Shown here piece by piece: positions 20,269-30,031 of a stretch of 64,000 nt of DNA (positions are counted from its first letter, which is position 1; each line of letters opens with the position of its first letter). The DNA lies in the NCBI GenBank assembly GCA_963422365.1, contig OY729426.1, positions 256,001-320,000 on the forward strand. The letters run 5' to 3'. Origin of the DNA: Nitrospirales bacterium (GTDB taxonomy: Bacteria; Nitrospirota; Nitrospiria; Nitrospirales; UBA8639). A program made the position numbers and the translations under genes. The notes under the pieces were generated by a model. That model had not been told where the DNA came from. It did no database searches and saw only the letters and a list, made by a program, of their open reading frames with translations.

Positions 20269-21612
20269 CTAGGCTTCCTCGCCCTGAAGATAGGTTTTGC
20301 CCTTGTATCGTTTGGCCACCGCGAGAAAGAGAATCGACACGCCGAACATGACCAACGTAAAGAACCAATAATAATCCGCGCCTTCCAGCCTCACGCTGCC
20401 GTCCTCGTTCTGAATGAAATGGTTCACCAATGAGGTAAAGGCATTCCCCAAGGACACCGAGAAGAGAAAGAGCGCCATCACAAAAGATTTCAAGGCCCGG
20501 GGCGCCTGGGTATAGGAAAATTCCAAACACGTGATCGAGACCATGACCTCCGCTGTGGTGATCACCACAAACGCGACAATTTGCCAGACAATATTCGGCC
20601 GCAGCCCCGAGGCAATCTGCATCTCAATCACCGCCGAAATCACAAAGGCGATGGCGGTGATAAAAAACCCGATGCTGATCTTCCGCAAGGGCGTTAAAGA
20701 AAACACCTTGTCAATGGAGGGATAGAGCCCGTAGGCAAAAAGCGGAATGAGGAGCATAATCAAAAAAGGATTGACAAACTGAATTTGCGACGGCAGCCAT
20801 TCCACCCCCATCCAATGTAAATCCATCTTTCTTGCTTGGAGGACCCAAGCCGACCCTGTTTGGTCATAGAGCGCCCAAAAAAATGCCACAAATAGATAAA
20901 TCGGCGTGAGACGCCACATGGCCAGCAAACTGTCGCGTGTCAAGAATGCCTGAAGAAACGTTCTGCCCTCGGCGGGAATATGCACGTATTCTCGCCGCCC
21001 CAACCAAAACACCCACGTCGCAATCAGCATCAACAACCCTGGCACTCCAAAGGCCAGATGGGGCCCGATATGGTGAAGAAGCCACGGAGTCAAGAGCGTT
21101 GAAAGCCCCGCGCCGAAATTGATTGCAAAATAAAACCAGTAAAAGGCTTTGCCGAGTAAATGACTGTTGGCTGAACTAAACTGATCTCCGAGGTTGGCAG
21201 AGACACAGGGTTTAATCCCTCCGGAACCCACGGCGATCAGCGTAAGACCTACCGCTAATCCGACCCTGGTGTGATCCATCGCGAGGGCTACATGTCCCAA
21301 ACAATACACCAGAGACAAGGACATAATCGTTCGGTACTTCCCCAGCCAGATATCCGCAATCAGGGCCCCGATCGCCGGGAAAAAATACACCGCAGAAGTA
21401 AAAAGATGATAATAGGAACGCGCTTCGGGTTCACTCATCACACCCAGGGCACCATCCGTATTTTGGAGATATTGGATCATAAAGATGACCAGAATGGTTC
21501 GCATACCATAAAAACTAAACCGCTCGGCGGCTTCGTTCACGATCAGGAACGGAAGGCAAGCCGGCATATGGTCCAAGAGTGCGGGTTCGGTACGGTATCG
21601 AATGTTGCTCAT
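20269..21612 (-). CDS. POT/PTR2 family proton-dependent oligopeptide transporter
   Basis: EAAERFSFYGM (ExxERFxY), GGIKP, FYFAINFG. Confidence 0.93.
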   Translation of the reverse strand: MSNIRYRTEPALLDHMPACLPFLIVNEAAERFSFYGMRTILVIFMIQYLQNTDGALGVMSEPEARSYYHLFTSAVYFFPAIGALIADIWLGKYRTIMSLSLVYCLGHVALAMDHTRVGLAVGLTLIAVGSGGIKPCVSANLGDQFSSANSHLLGKAFYWFYFAINFGAGLSTLLTPWLLHHIGPHLAFGVPGLLMLIATWVFWLGRREYVHIPAEGRTFLQAFLTRDSLLAMWRLTPIYLFVAFFWALYDQTGSAWVLQARKMDLHWMGVEWLPSQIQFVNPFLIMLLIPLFAYGLYPSIDKVFSLTPLRKISIGFFITAIAFVISAVIEMQIASGLRPNIVWQIVAFVVITTAEVMVSITCLEFSYTQAPRALKSFVMALFLFSVSLGNAFTSLVNHFIQNEDGSVRLEGADYYWFFTLVMFGVSILFLAVAKRYKGKTYLQGEEA

Positions 21613-22452
21613 GACGAAACCATGGCTCCCACGCGGCTCACGACTGCCCTAGGCACCACAGACGATTGTATTCCGATAGGAAGGGGTGATCTGGTCCTGC
21701 AAGAAAATAACGGGTTCTGTATAGCACAGATCGACTTTTGAGGGGAAAAACCCCTGAACGACGCATGGAAAATCTTTGGCGCTGCAGACAATCTGACCAA
21801 CATGACTATGGATGTGCTCAACGTATTTTCAACGAAGCAGCCGAGAAGGTGATACTGGCACAGGCTCAGTAGGGACATCAGCGGGGGATGAGAAATGGCT
21901 AAAGGAGACTACTTGGTCGGATGCTTGTGTCGACGGCAAGGCCACGGGCAGTTTACCTCCGACCTTCAGTTTATTTCCTCCGGCCTTGAGAAGACTATCT
22001 ACGCCTTTGAGCAAAGAAACTTCAAGGGCGAGTGGCACGACGGCGAGCCACACGGCTGCAAAGAGTAGTTTCAGGGTGAACGGATTCCTCTTGCCCCATC
22101 ATGAGAACTCCCGATTGCTGACCGCGCGGAAAGAGGGAAAATCACGTGCGACCAAGCTGACGTGAGCATGAGCCGCAAATCCCGGGTGTCGGACGGCCTT
22201 GTCCGCACGTTCGGAAACGGGAATTCGGCCGAGAGCTACCTCTTTATGCTCCTGATCCCATTCCTCTTCTTCTATCGGACCATCCTCCGCCATCTGGGAA
22301 AGAGAATCGACGCGTCATAGGGGTAAGGTCCTCGATACGCCCATGCCCTCGTGCCCGATCGACACCGGTCCACGCCTCGATCTGCCGGCCACGTGGCCAT
22401 CCAAGGCGTCCTCAATTGACTCGCGCTTGGCAGGTCGGCTAGGATTCCAGCC

Positions 22453-22756
22453 ATGAACGAAGCCATTGCCTTTGATACTCACCGGTTCCTCAAACACTTG
22501 ACGGAAAGTGGCTTCACCGAGCAACACCGAGGCCCTTGCCACTGAACAAGTCCATCTACTCAATAGCAACTTGGCGACCAAGACCGAACTCAAGGTCGCT
22601 ATCGCGTCCCTCAAAGTCGAACTGCTCAAGTGGATGTTCGGCGCCATGATTGTCCGGGTCGGGCTGTTTGTCGCACGGGTCGAACTGCTTGTGACCTGGC
22701 TGGGCTTAGCGTTTCACCGTTTTCATTCCCGTCACCTGATCTCAAACGTCGGATAA
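22453..22756 (+). pseudogene. DUF1640/CCDC90-like coiled-coil protein, frameshifted
   Basis: MNEAIAFDTHRFLKHLTESGFTEQ, shift, EALA...LATKTEL...LLKWMFG. Confidence 0.7.
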
Positions 22757-23443
22757 CCGCTATCGTTTCAACTCGCAGAAATCGAAATTTCTGACTTTAT
22801 GGGATGAAAGATTATTAATTTTCGTGGTCATCATCTTTGGTCAAGGTGATTCTGGAGTCGTCAATCATCGTAGGCGCTACTCTCAAGGTGACAAGTCTCG
22901 GTGGAGTCTCACGCAGCCTCAGGTTTCAGGTCCCAAGGACATTACCATTTGGTCTCTTGCAGAGGCCAATCCATTTCGACCTGCCGCCCACAGTAAAAGC
23001 AGGCAATGCGATACAGGGCTTTTCGACGAGGATTGGGGAGAGAAGTAAAGACCACAGGAGCGTACAGCGGCTAGAGGTGCAGAAGGTGTTCATCGATAAG
23101 TGCCTGCAATTCGGTCTCCTCCCACTGCGTTGCGCCTTCAGCCTGTCCACGGACACGATCGTCCCACCCGCATACATCACATCGAAGATGGTACGTCTTC
23201 ACTCGATCTTGAGGGTGAGAGACGTCGGGTACAGTCCACATGTCCTGGCCAAGCCGTCTGAAGACACGTGAGGCGCTTCATGCTGAAGCGCCTTGATAAA
23301 CGTGTCAGGAGTCGTCATCGTTCCCCTCATCTTCCACAGAAGAACCCGAAAGTAAAAACAACTCAAATCTCATCATAAGCCGCTGGTTCCCTGTAACCCA
23401 AGCTGAAGATGAGAGCCGGTGGGAAAACCCTAGGCTTTATACC

Positions 23444-23713
23444 CTAGGTTTTATGAAAACTGATGTGGTGTTTGTATTCCTGAATGGCTGCTCGTAAAGA
23501 GGATTTGCCGAGGGGGATATTTGCGTCAAGCGTTTCCTCAATCGTGGGATCGTCGATGACCACGTCATACTTCTCTTGCACATTGGTCAGGATCACCCCT
23601 TTGTCAACCTGCCGAGGCAGAAAAATTTCCAGCCACACTTCTTTTTCAACGAGACAGACTTCGCAAAAACGCTCATACAACATTTCTAATCGTTCGTAAT
23701 CTGTTTCTTTCAT
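23444..23713 (-). CDS. hypothetical protein
   Basis: 89-aa ORF starting 3 nt after the FG-GAP gene stop. Confidence 0.7.
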   Translation of the reverse strand: MKETDYERLEMLYERFCEVCLVEKEVWLEIFLPRQVDKGVILTNVQEKYDVVIDDPTIEETLDANIPLGKSSLRAAIQEYKHHISFHKT

Positions 23714-23716
23714 ATG

Positions 23717-25210
23717 TCAGCCTTTGACTGTTCCGCTTAGGGTCACAATTCGTGGGCCACCTGGCGCATTGTCGAAAATACGCAGCAGCGCCTGATGCAG
23801 GCCAGGCGCCGTACTCTCGAAGTGAATATGCAACGCACAGAGTTCTCCCGTGGTCAGGGTGGCCCCGGCACAGGATTCCTGGTCAACGGAAAAGGCCTGA
23901 GATCCCTCCAAGACAATATCGGCTATACTCAAGGAGCCGAGCCCCACGTTGGAGACGGTTAATTGAAGCGTCCGTTGAGCCGGCGCGTTGAAGTCCTCTG
24001 CAAACCGGATGGTGTCGGCACTCAAATTGATAGAAGGAATGACCGCCTTTCCGCTCAAAAGAATCGACACATCATCAGATCCACTGTTGGCCGTCACAAT
24101 ATCGGGCAACCCATCATTATCAAAATCCTCGATACCCATGGCGGTTGGAATAGATCCCACGGCATAGTGCCCGGCGGGCTGAAACGAACCATCTCCGCGG
24201 CCTAAGAGGATGGAGGTACTATGGGAGGCCCGATTGGTGGAAATCAGGTCACGATGACCGTCACCATCTAAATCTTTGTAGCCCAACGCCACGGGGCTGA
24301 ACCCTACCTCCACGTTTGCGGGTTTCGTGTACTGGCCGGGGCGTCGCTGAAGAAGCACCTTGATGCTATCGGTAAACAAACTGGTCACCATGAGATCGAG
24401 ATTTCCATCGGCATCCAAATCCGTTTGCGTCACGGCGCTTAACGTAAACCCCGCTTGAATCTTTTGCCAGGAGGAAAAAGCACCCCGCCCTTGATTCTGA
24501 AATACGGACACATATCCATTCGGCGTCCGCCAACTCGGCTGGCTCCACGTCAACGTGACATCCGGCAACCCATCGTCATTGAGATCCGCCAGTGAGGCAC
24601 CGGTGGGGAACAAACCATCCCGGTTTTGCTCTTCAACGTGTTGAGTCAGCACAAAATCTCCCTGCCCTTTATTCAACAAGACCGACCAACTAAACGGGGG
24701 ATAATTTCCGAATCGTCCGCTGTTGACGACGACCATATCCAAATCTTCATCCCCGTCAACGTCACCCAATACGAGAAAAGTCGGCCCCTTCCCTGAGGGA
24801 TACGGCACGGGTTCGTCGAATAGGCCATTCCCTTTTCCAAACAGGACGATGACGCGATCGGCTCCGGTCTCGGCCACGGCCAGATCCAATTTTCCATCCA
24901 GGTTAAGATCTCCTGACGTAAGAAACATGGGACTCTCTCCCACACCAAAGGAATAGCCTGATCGAAACGTGCCGTTTCCGTTCCCTAGTAACACTGAGAC
25001 ATCATCCGAATCGCTATTCGCCGTGGCAATATCCAGCCGTCCGTCTTCATTGAAATCTCCAACCGTGAGCCCCTCCGGATGCGCACCGACACGCGCCGAC
25101 AAGACCGGGGTCAAGACAAGGTTCTGCGCAAGGACGTGACCGGCCCCGGCCAGCACCAACACGCTGCCTATCAGACATTTTTTGAATACGCGTCCTGTGC
25201 ACTCGATCAT
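23717..25210 (-). CDS. secreted FG-GAP/VCBS repeat beta-propeller with C-terminal Ig-like (choice-of-anchor D/ASH-like) domain
   Basis: Signal peptide; six DxxxDGxxD-type repeats; VSNVG..L..C....C domain. Confidence 0.88.
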   Translation of the reverse strand: MIECTGRVFKKCLIGSVLVLAGAGHVLAQNLVLTPVLSARVGAHPEGLTVGDFNEDGRLDIATANSDSDDVSVLLGNGNGTFRSGYSFGVGESPMFLTSGDLNLDGKLDLAVAETGADRVIVLFGKGNGLFDEPVPYPSGKGPTFLVLGDVDGDEDLDMVVVNSGRFGNYPPFSWSVLLNKGQGDFVLTQHVEEQNRDGLFPTGASLADLNDDGLPDVTLTWSQPSWRTPNGYVSVFQNQGRGAFSSWQKIQAGFTLSAVTQTDLDADGNLDLMVTSLFTDSIKVLLQRRPGQYTKPANVEVGFSPVALGYKDLDGDGHRDLISTNRASHSTSILLGRGDGSFQPAGHYAVGSIPTAMGIEDFDNDGLPDIVTANSGSDDVSILLSGKAVIPSINLSADTIRFAEDFNAPAQRTLQLTVSNVGLGSLSIADIVLEGSQAFSVDQESCAGATLTTGELCALHIHFESTAPGLHQALLRIFDNAPGGPRIVTLSGTVKG

Positions 25211-25231
25211 GACCGTCCCTCTACCCCCGGG

Positions 25232-25501
25232 TCATCCTAACAAGGATCGCTCATTTGTTGAAAATGTTTTTTCCAAAGCAATTTCCACTTCATCCGTCGC
25301 CGCCATCCCACGATTGCGAATACGCACGGACCAGGAAGGAGAGGCTCGCAGGGAAGCGACCACGGTTTTCAGCAACTCAGGTTTTACCCTGGTCTCCCAA
25401 TCGTGCAGCCAGGCATAGCCATCATCATCGCCATCGTAGTCTTCCGGGAACCCAGCGACGAGATTAAACCGAAGGGTAAATGTTTTTTCTTCTTCGAACA
25501 T
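25232..25501 (-). CDS. hypothetical protein
   Basis: 89-aa acidic ORF directly upstream of the FG-GAP gene. Confidence 0.7.
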   Translation of the reverse strand: MFEEEKTFTLRFNLVAGFPEDYDGDDDGYAWLHDWETRVKPELLKTVVASLRASPSWSVRIRNRGMAATDEVEIALEKTFSTNERSLLG

Positions 25502-25698
25502 CTCTGGTCATACCTTTCTTGTGCGACGATCAACCCCGCTGACAGTACGCTCGTCAATGTTCGCATTATTTTGAATTGATTGTCCAGGGATCACCCATGC
25601 CCACAGGCCCGGCGCTCTGGTCGAAGAGCCCCCGATCGTGAAAATGGTTGTCTGCGTTGTGAGGAAGGCTAGAAATGACGGGAGTCGCGTTGAGGAAG

Positions 25699-26538
25699 CT
25701 ACTCCCGAATATCTTGACCACGACGATCGAAATACGCCGATCGGGCAGCCCCATACAGATCGATCGTGGACTCTTCGATACCCTCAAATGTCTCAAGGTT
25801 AACGGCACGATCATTAAAGCGATTCATTGCATTGACGCCGACGTTCGGGGCAAACGGAATAAAATAATTGACAGGGTTCAGCAAAATATCGCCGACACGC
25901 CCTGCCGCATCTCGAACCGTCATGGGAGGAAGCAGTGGCAAGACCAAATAGGGCCCGGACCCAAGCCCATATGACGCAAGGGTCTGACCGGTATCTTCCA
26001 TTGGCGGGGCTTCAATCTCAAACATATATGTGGCAACATCAAAGAGACCTCCCACACCAAGGACCGTATTAAGAAGGAACCGTTGCAGTTCTATTCCGGC
26101 CCGAGCGAATTTTCCCTGAAAGAAATTATTGAGAAATCGTGATGCAAAGCCCACATTATAAAACGCATTGCCTAAAGAATCTCGAACATCGGGCGGCACA
26201 ATGAAGGAATAGACTCTGACCGTCGGCTTCATCACATAGCGATCGATATTATAGTTGAGTGTAAATGTATTCGAATTAACGGGCTCCCAAGGATCTCGAA
26301 CCGGTTCGCCCCCGGTATCGAAAGGGTCCACAAACACACCCTTGACGACCGTTTCTTCCATGAAAGGGATTTCTTCATCGCCTTTGTCGAATTCCCCGTA
26401 AGGCCTCTCTCCGCTTGAGCGGCTGGGATCACCGTCCCGTGAGGGTGGGAAATAATCCAGAGCGATCAGGTCCGCCGGAAGTCCTAAAAAGCAAAGGGCC
26501 GCAAGAGTCATGAAGGTCAAATGAAGCCGCGTCGTCAT
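25699..26538 (-). CDS. mlaA: VacJ/MlaA family protein
   Basis: DPWEPVN, RFLLNTVLGVGGLFDVA, EDTGQTL..YG...GPYLVLP, RDAAG. Confidence 0.9.
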   Translation of the reverse strand: MTTRLHLTFMTLAALCFLGLPADLIALDYFPPSRDGDPSRSSGERPYGEFDKGDEEIPFMEETVVKGVFVDPFDTGGEPVRDPWEPVNSNTFTLNYNIDRYVMKPTVRVYSFIVPPDVRDSLGNAFYNVGFASRFLNNFFQGKFARAGIELQRFLLNTVLGVGGLFDVATYMFEIEAPPMEDTGQTLASYGLGSGPYLVLPLLPPMTVRDAAGRVGDILLNPVNYFIPFAPNVGVNAMNRFNDRAVNLETFEGIEESTIDLYGAARSAYFDRRGQDIRE

Positions 26539-26667
26539 GAGATTCTCCTTTATCCCAAGATAATACCAAGAATGACTAGGAATCCATGCTTCCCAACGAA
26601 GGTATTCTACCCTACCCCCCCCCCGCCGTTTGGCCACTCAAAAACATCGGGGGCGTGGAGAAGATCT

Positions 26668-26829
26668 TTACTCGGAACTGCCTAACATATCATCGACCAA
26701 CGGACGGTTGATATCTTCACAACCCGGGCATAAGACATCGAACAGCGCCTCGTAGTCCTCGACGTAGCTCCGGTCGTTGGCCAATTTTTCATCTACCACG
26801 TCCTGGTAACAGGTATCACATAACATCAT
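26668..26829 (-). CDS. small Cys4 (CxxC...CxxC) protein
   Basis: MMLCDTC...LCPGC; 53 aa, acidic. Confidence 0.6.
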   Translation of the reverse strand: MMLCDTCYQDVVDEKLANDRSYVEDYEALFDVLCPGCEDINRPLVDDMLGSSE

Positions 26830-26969
26830 GATCCCACGCATAACCGAGACAGTTTTTCGACCGTAACTCCCACTCATCGTCTCTACCTCTTGCCCCCATG
26901 GAACGTTGAAGCCTGATGCACCGAGGCAGGCATTGTCCCAATGCACGAGACTCCCAACCGCAGAGGCCG

Positions 26970-27164
26970 TTACGACCAGCCACGTTGCTGGGCCAGGAAA
27001 AAATCTTCTGTTTCGAGATCAAGGCCGCATTCCGGACATTCGTACGGTTGATCTGGTGGAGGGACAGACAATTCCGCATTCTGGATCTGTCCCTGACAAA
27101 CATGATAAAAATGGCCACCGGCATGTTCGGAATCTAACGGGTCGTTTTCATATTTGAGAATCAT
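26970..27164 (-). CDS. small zinc-ribbon-like protein
   Basis: HFYHVC...YECPECG; 64 aa. Confidence 0.55.
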   Translation of the reverse strand: MILKYENDPLDSEHAGGHFYHVCQGQIQNAELSVPPPDQPYECPECGLDLETEDFFLAQQRGWS

Positions 27165-27249
27165 AGTCCCCTTGGCAACAGTATGTTCTTCTGAAAGTTA
27201 TAACAAGGGCAAGAAACAGTGTGCAATCCTCACAGAATCGGATGCGCCC

Positions 27250-28437
27250 ATGACAGATTCAGTGGCATGCGATCTTCCTCGACCTATTTCGGAACCTCTA
27301 GGCCTTGGAGCGCACGCACTTGTGGTTTTGACCACCGGCTTTTTGCTGTTGTCAGCGCATCCCGCGTGGGCGTTGTCTCAATCCTCTCAGCCTCCCCCCG
27401 AACGAATCACCCTTTTGCCCGTCCTCACACAAGGGCTCATAGAACCGGTATTTATCGGGCATGCGAGTGACCGCAGCCACCGGCTCTTTATTCTGGAACA
27501 GGCGGGAAGAATCAGAATCCTGGAGAACGGCACCCTGCAGCCCTCAGCATTTCTGGACATCTCCAGCCGGGTCAAAATTGGTGGGGAAATGGGGCTCCTA
27601 GGATTAGCGTTTCACCCACTATTTTCCAAAAACGGACGGCTTTTTGTCAATTACACAAGAAAACCGGATGGAGCAACCATCGTTGCCGAATTTCAGGTTT
27701 CCCAACACCCCAACCACGCCCTCCAAAACGAAAAAACCCTGGCAATCATTCCACAACCCTATGCCAATCATAACGGAGGGATGCTGGCCTTCGGGCCTGA
27801 TGGATATCTGTATATTGCCACGGGAGACGGCGGAGCAGGCGGTGATCCGGGAAATCGAGGGCAAAGCCCAAACACCCTGCTGGGCAAGATGTTACGCATT
27901 GATATTGATTGGGGAGATCCGTATGGCATTCCTCCCGACAACCCCTTTGCCGGGCAACAAAGTGGACAGGAAATCTTTGCCCTGGGCTTCCGCAATCCCT
28001 GGAGATTTTCTTTTGACCGGCATACCGGGCAATTGTGGGCTGGGGACGTGGGACAACATCGTTGGGAAGAAATCGACGTGGTGGAAGCAGGAAACAATTA
28101 TGGATGGCGCATCATGGAAGGGTCTCATTGTTTTCGGCCTACTCAAGGCTGCGCCAGGGCCGGATTGACCCTCCCCGTGGCGGAATATCGGAATCAGTGG
28201 CCAGACTGTGCCGTCACGGGGGGATACGTGTATCGTGGGAAACACATAGGGTCCCTTCAGGGAACCTATGTGTTCGGAGATTACTGCAGCGGACGGATCA
28301 TGGGCTTGATTGACGGACAACCGCAGGTCCTTCTGGCCTCGGGCTTAAAAATTTCTTCCTTTGGGGAGGATGAAGCAGGTGAACTGTACGTCGTGGATCA
28401 CGGAGGGGGCATCTACAAGATCACCCCCGGCACGTAG
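27250..28437 (+). CDS. PQQ-dependent sugar dehydrogenase (GSDH family)
   Basis: EMGLLGLAFHP, NHNGG..FGPDGYLY, GFRNPWRFSFD, NYGW. Confidence 0.9.
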   Translation: MTDSVACDLPRPISEPLGLGAHALVVLTTGFLLLSAHPAWALSQSSQPPPERITLLPVLTQGLIEPVFIGHASDRSHRLFILEQAGRIRILENGTLQPSAFLDISSRVKIGGEMGLLGLAFHPLFSKNGRLFVNYTRKPDGATIVAEFQVSQHPNHALQNEKTLAIIPQPYANHNGGMLAFGPDGYLYIATGDGGAGGDPGNRGQSPNTLLGKMLRIDIDWGDPYGIPPDNPFAGQQSGQEIFALGFRNPWRFSFDRHTGQLWAGDVGQHRWEEIDVVEAGNNYGWRIMEGSHCFRPTQGCARAGLTLPVAEYRNQWPDCAVTGGYVYRGKHIGSLQGTYVFGDYCSGRIMGLIDGQPQVLLASGLKISSFGEDEAGELYVVDHGGGIYKITPGT

Positions 28438-28575
28438 GAAAAATTCATAGCTTCGTCTCTTGTGAAATACGTGGGACGTCTACCGTATCTTCGCAAGAAT
28501 GGGAAGCCCCGCCGCCGCCCATTCTCTAGTTGACGGAATCATTGTATCTTGTTATTCCCCCTCTACGTGTTAGAC

Positions 28576-30021
28576 ATGAATAAAAAATCCCTCTTCTATG
28601 CAATCGCGCTTGCAATCACCGCCTTCTACCTGGTCATGGTGGGCTTTTATCGATGGGGAGACGGAACCCCGCCTCGTATCACGTTGGTCGAGCCTTTCAC
28701 CCAAGCTGGTCCGACGACCCCGTTGACGCTCCACGTCGAGGATACAGGAACGGGTCTCCAGAACATCACCGTCCGCATTGTCCAAAACCTTGAGAGTTAC
28801 ACCCTGGCGCAAGAACAGTTTCCCTCACAAGCAACCCTTTCCCTAGGAGAGAGCACCCACCACACCTTTGACCTCGACATCATCCCCTTTGGTGACGACA
28901 CCATCCCTAAACGGCGAGGACAGGTTAAATTGGTCATTGCGGCACGAGATTATTCTTGGCGAGGATTTTTTGAAGGGAATTGGACACGAATCGAACAAGA
29001 CGTAACCGTAAAATTTACTCCGCCACGGGTCGAAGTGTTATCAACGCCCTTGCCCGTTTCACAAGGAGGAGCGGGGGCTGTAGTGTACCGCGTCTCTCAA
29101 GATGCCAAACGACACGGAGTCCAAATCGGCAAGGCCTTTTTCCCGGGATACCCAAACTCTGATCAAGACTTTAGCGTGTTTTCACTCTTTGCCTTTCCTC
29201 ATCACGTACCGGCCTCGACCCCGGTGACACTCATTGCGGACGACGGCTTAGGCAATCATGCAGAACAGCGGCTTGATGTCACCGTCCTTCCAAAACAGTG
29301 GCGATCCCGAAGCATTACGATTTCCGATCACTTCATCGAGCAGATCATTCGCCCCATCATTGCTCAGACCCCTGAGATCGAAGACCTGGCCAATCCGCTT
29401 CGTAACTTTCTGCAAGTCAATAAGGTGTTACGAAAACAGACTGCCGACCAACTCACGGCCCTGGCCTTGAACAGCCAACCTGCGTTCATGTGGAAGGGCG
29501 CCTTTATCCAATTATCCAACTCCCAGGTGGAAGCGGGGTTTGCCGATCACCGCAAATATCTCTATCGCGGAACAGTCGTGGACACTCAATATCATTTAGG
29601 GTTTGATTTGGCCGTTACCAAACGGTACCCCGTCGAATCCGCTAATGATGGAAAAGTCGTGCTGGCAGAGTATGTGGGCATTTACGGAAACACCATTGTG
29701 ATCGATCATGGATATGGGCTTCAGTCATTGTATGCGCATTTGTCCTCATTCGCCGCCGAGAAAGGAGATCGTGTCCGCAAAGGACAAATCATCGGAAGAT
29801 CAGGCATGACGGGTTTAGCCGGTGGCGATCATTTGCATTTCAGCTTGCTGCTTCACGGAGTACAGATCAATCCCATGGAATGGTGGGACCCCCGTTGGGT
29901 GGAATCCCACATGAGTGCGCTCCTTCACAAGAACGACGGGGCTGCTCAGACACGGGGACTTCAAAACCAGATGGGCCCCTCCCCCTCACTCTTATCTCCT
30001 GCCCCCCGACCACATTTCTAG
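28576..30021 (+). CDS. M23 family metallopeptidase with N-terminal membrane anchor
   Basis: HLGFD, YGNTIVIDHG, YAHL, HLHF. Confidence 0.92.
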   Translation: MNKKSLFYAIALAITAFYLVMVGFYRWGDGTPPRITLVEPFTQAGPTTPLTLHVEDTGTGLQNITVRIVQNLESYTLAQEQFPSQATLSLGESTHHTFDLDIIPFGDDTIPKRRGQVKLVIAARDYSWRGFFEGNWTRIEQDVTVKFTPPRVEVLSTPLPVSQGGAGAVVYRVSQDAKRHGVQIGKAFFPGYPNSDQDFSVFSLFAFPHHVPASTPVTLIADDGLGNHAEQRLDVTVLPKQWRSRSITISDHFIEQIIRPIIAQTPEIEDLANPLRNFLQVNKVLRKQTADQLTALALNSQPAFMWKGAFIQLSNSQVEAGFADHRKYLYRGTVVDTQYHLGFDLAVTKRYPVESANDGKVVLAEYVGIYGNTIVIDHGYGLQSLYAHLSSFAAEKGDRVRKGQIIGRSGMTGLAGGDHLHFSLLLHGVQINPMEWWDPRWVESHMSALLHKNDGAAQTRGLQNQMGPSPSLLSPAPRPHF

Positions 30022-30031
30022 AAAATTGTTG

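Noticed and set aside
21700..22440. Short minus-strand ORF fragments
   Set aside because: Look like remnants, but I could not assign a family.
22800..23330. Fragmented minus-strand reading with faint phage-lysozyme-like resemblance
   Set aside because: Stops and shifts, no catalytic motif; similarity too weak to support.
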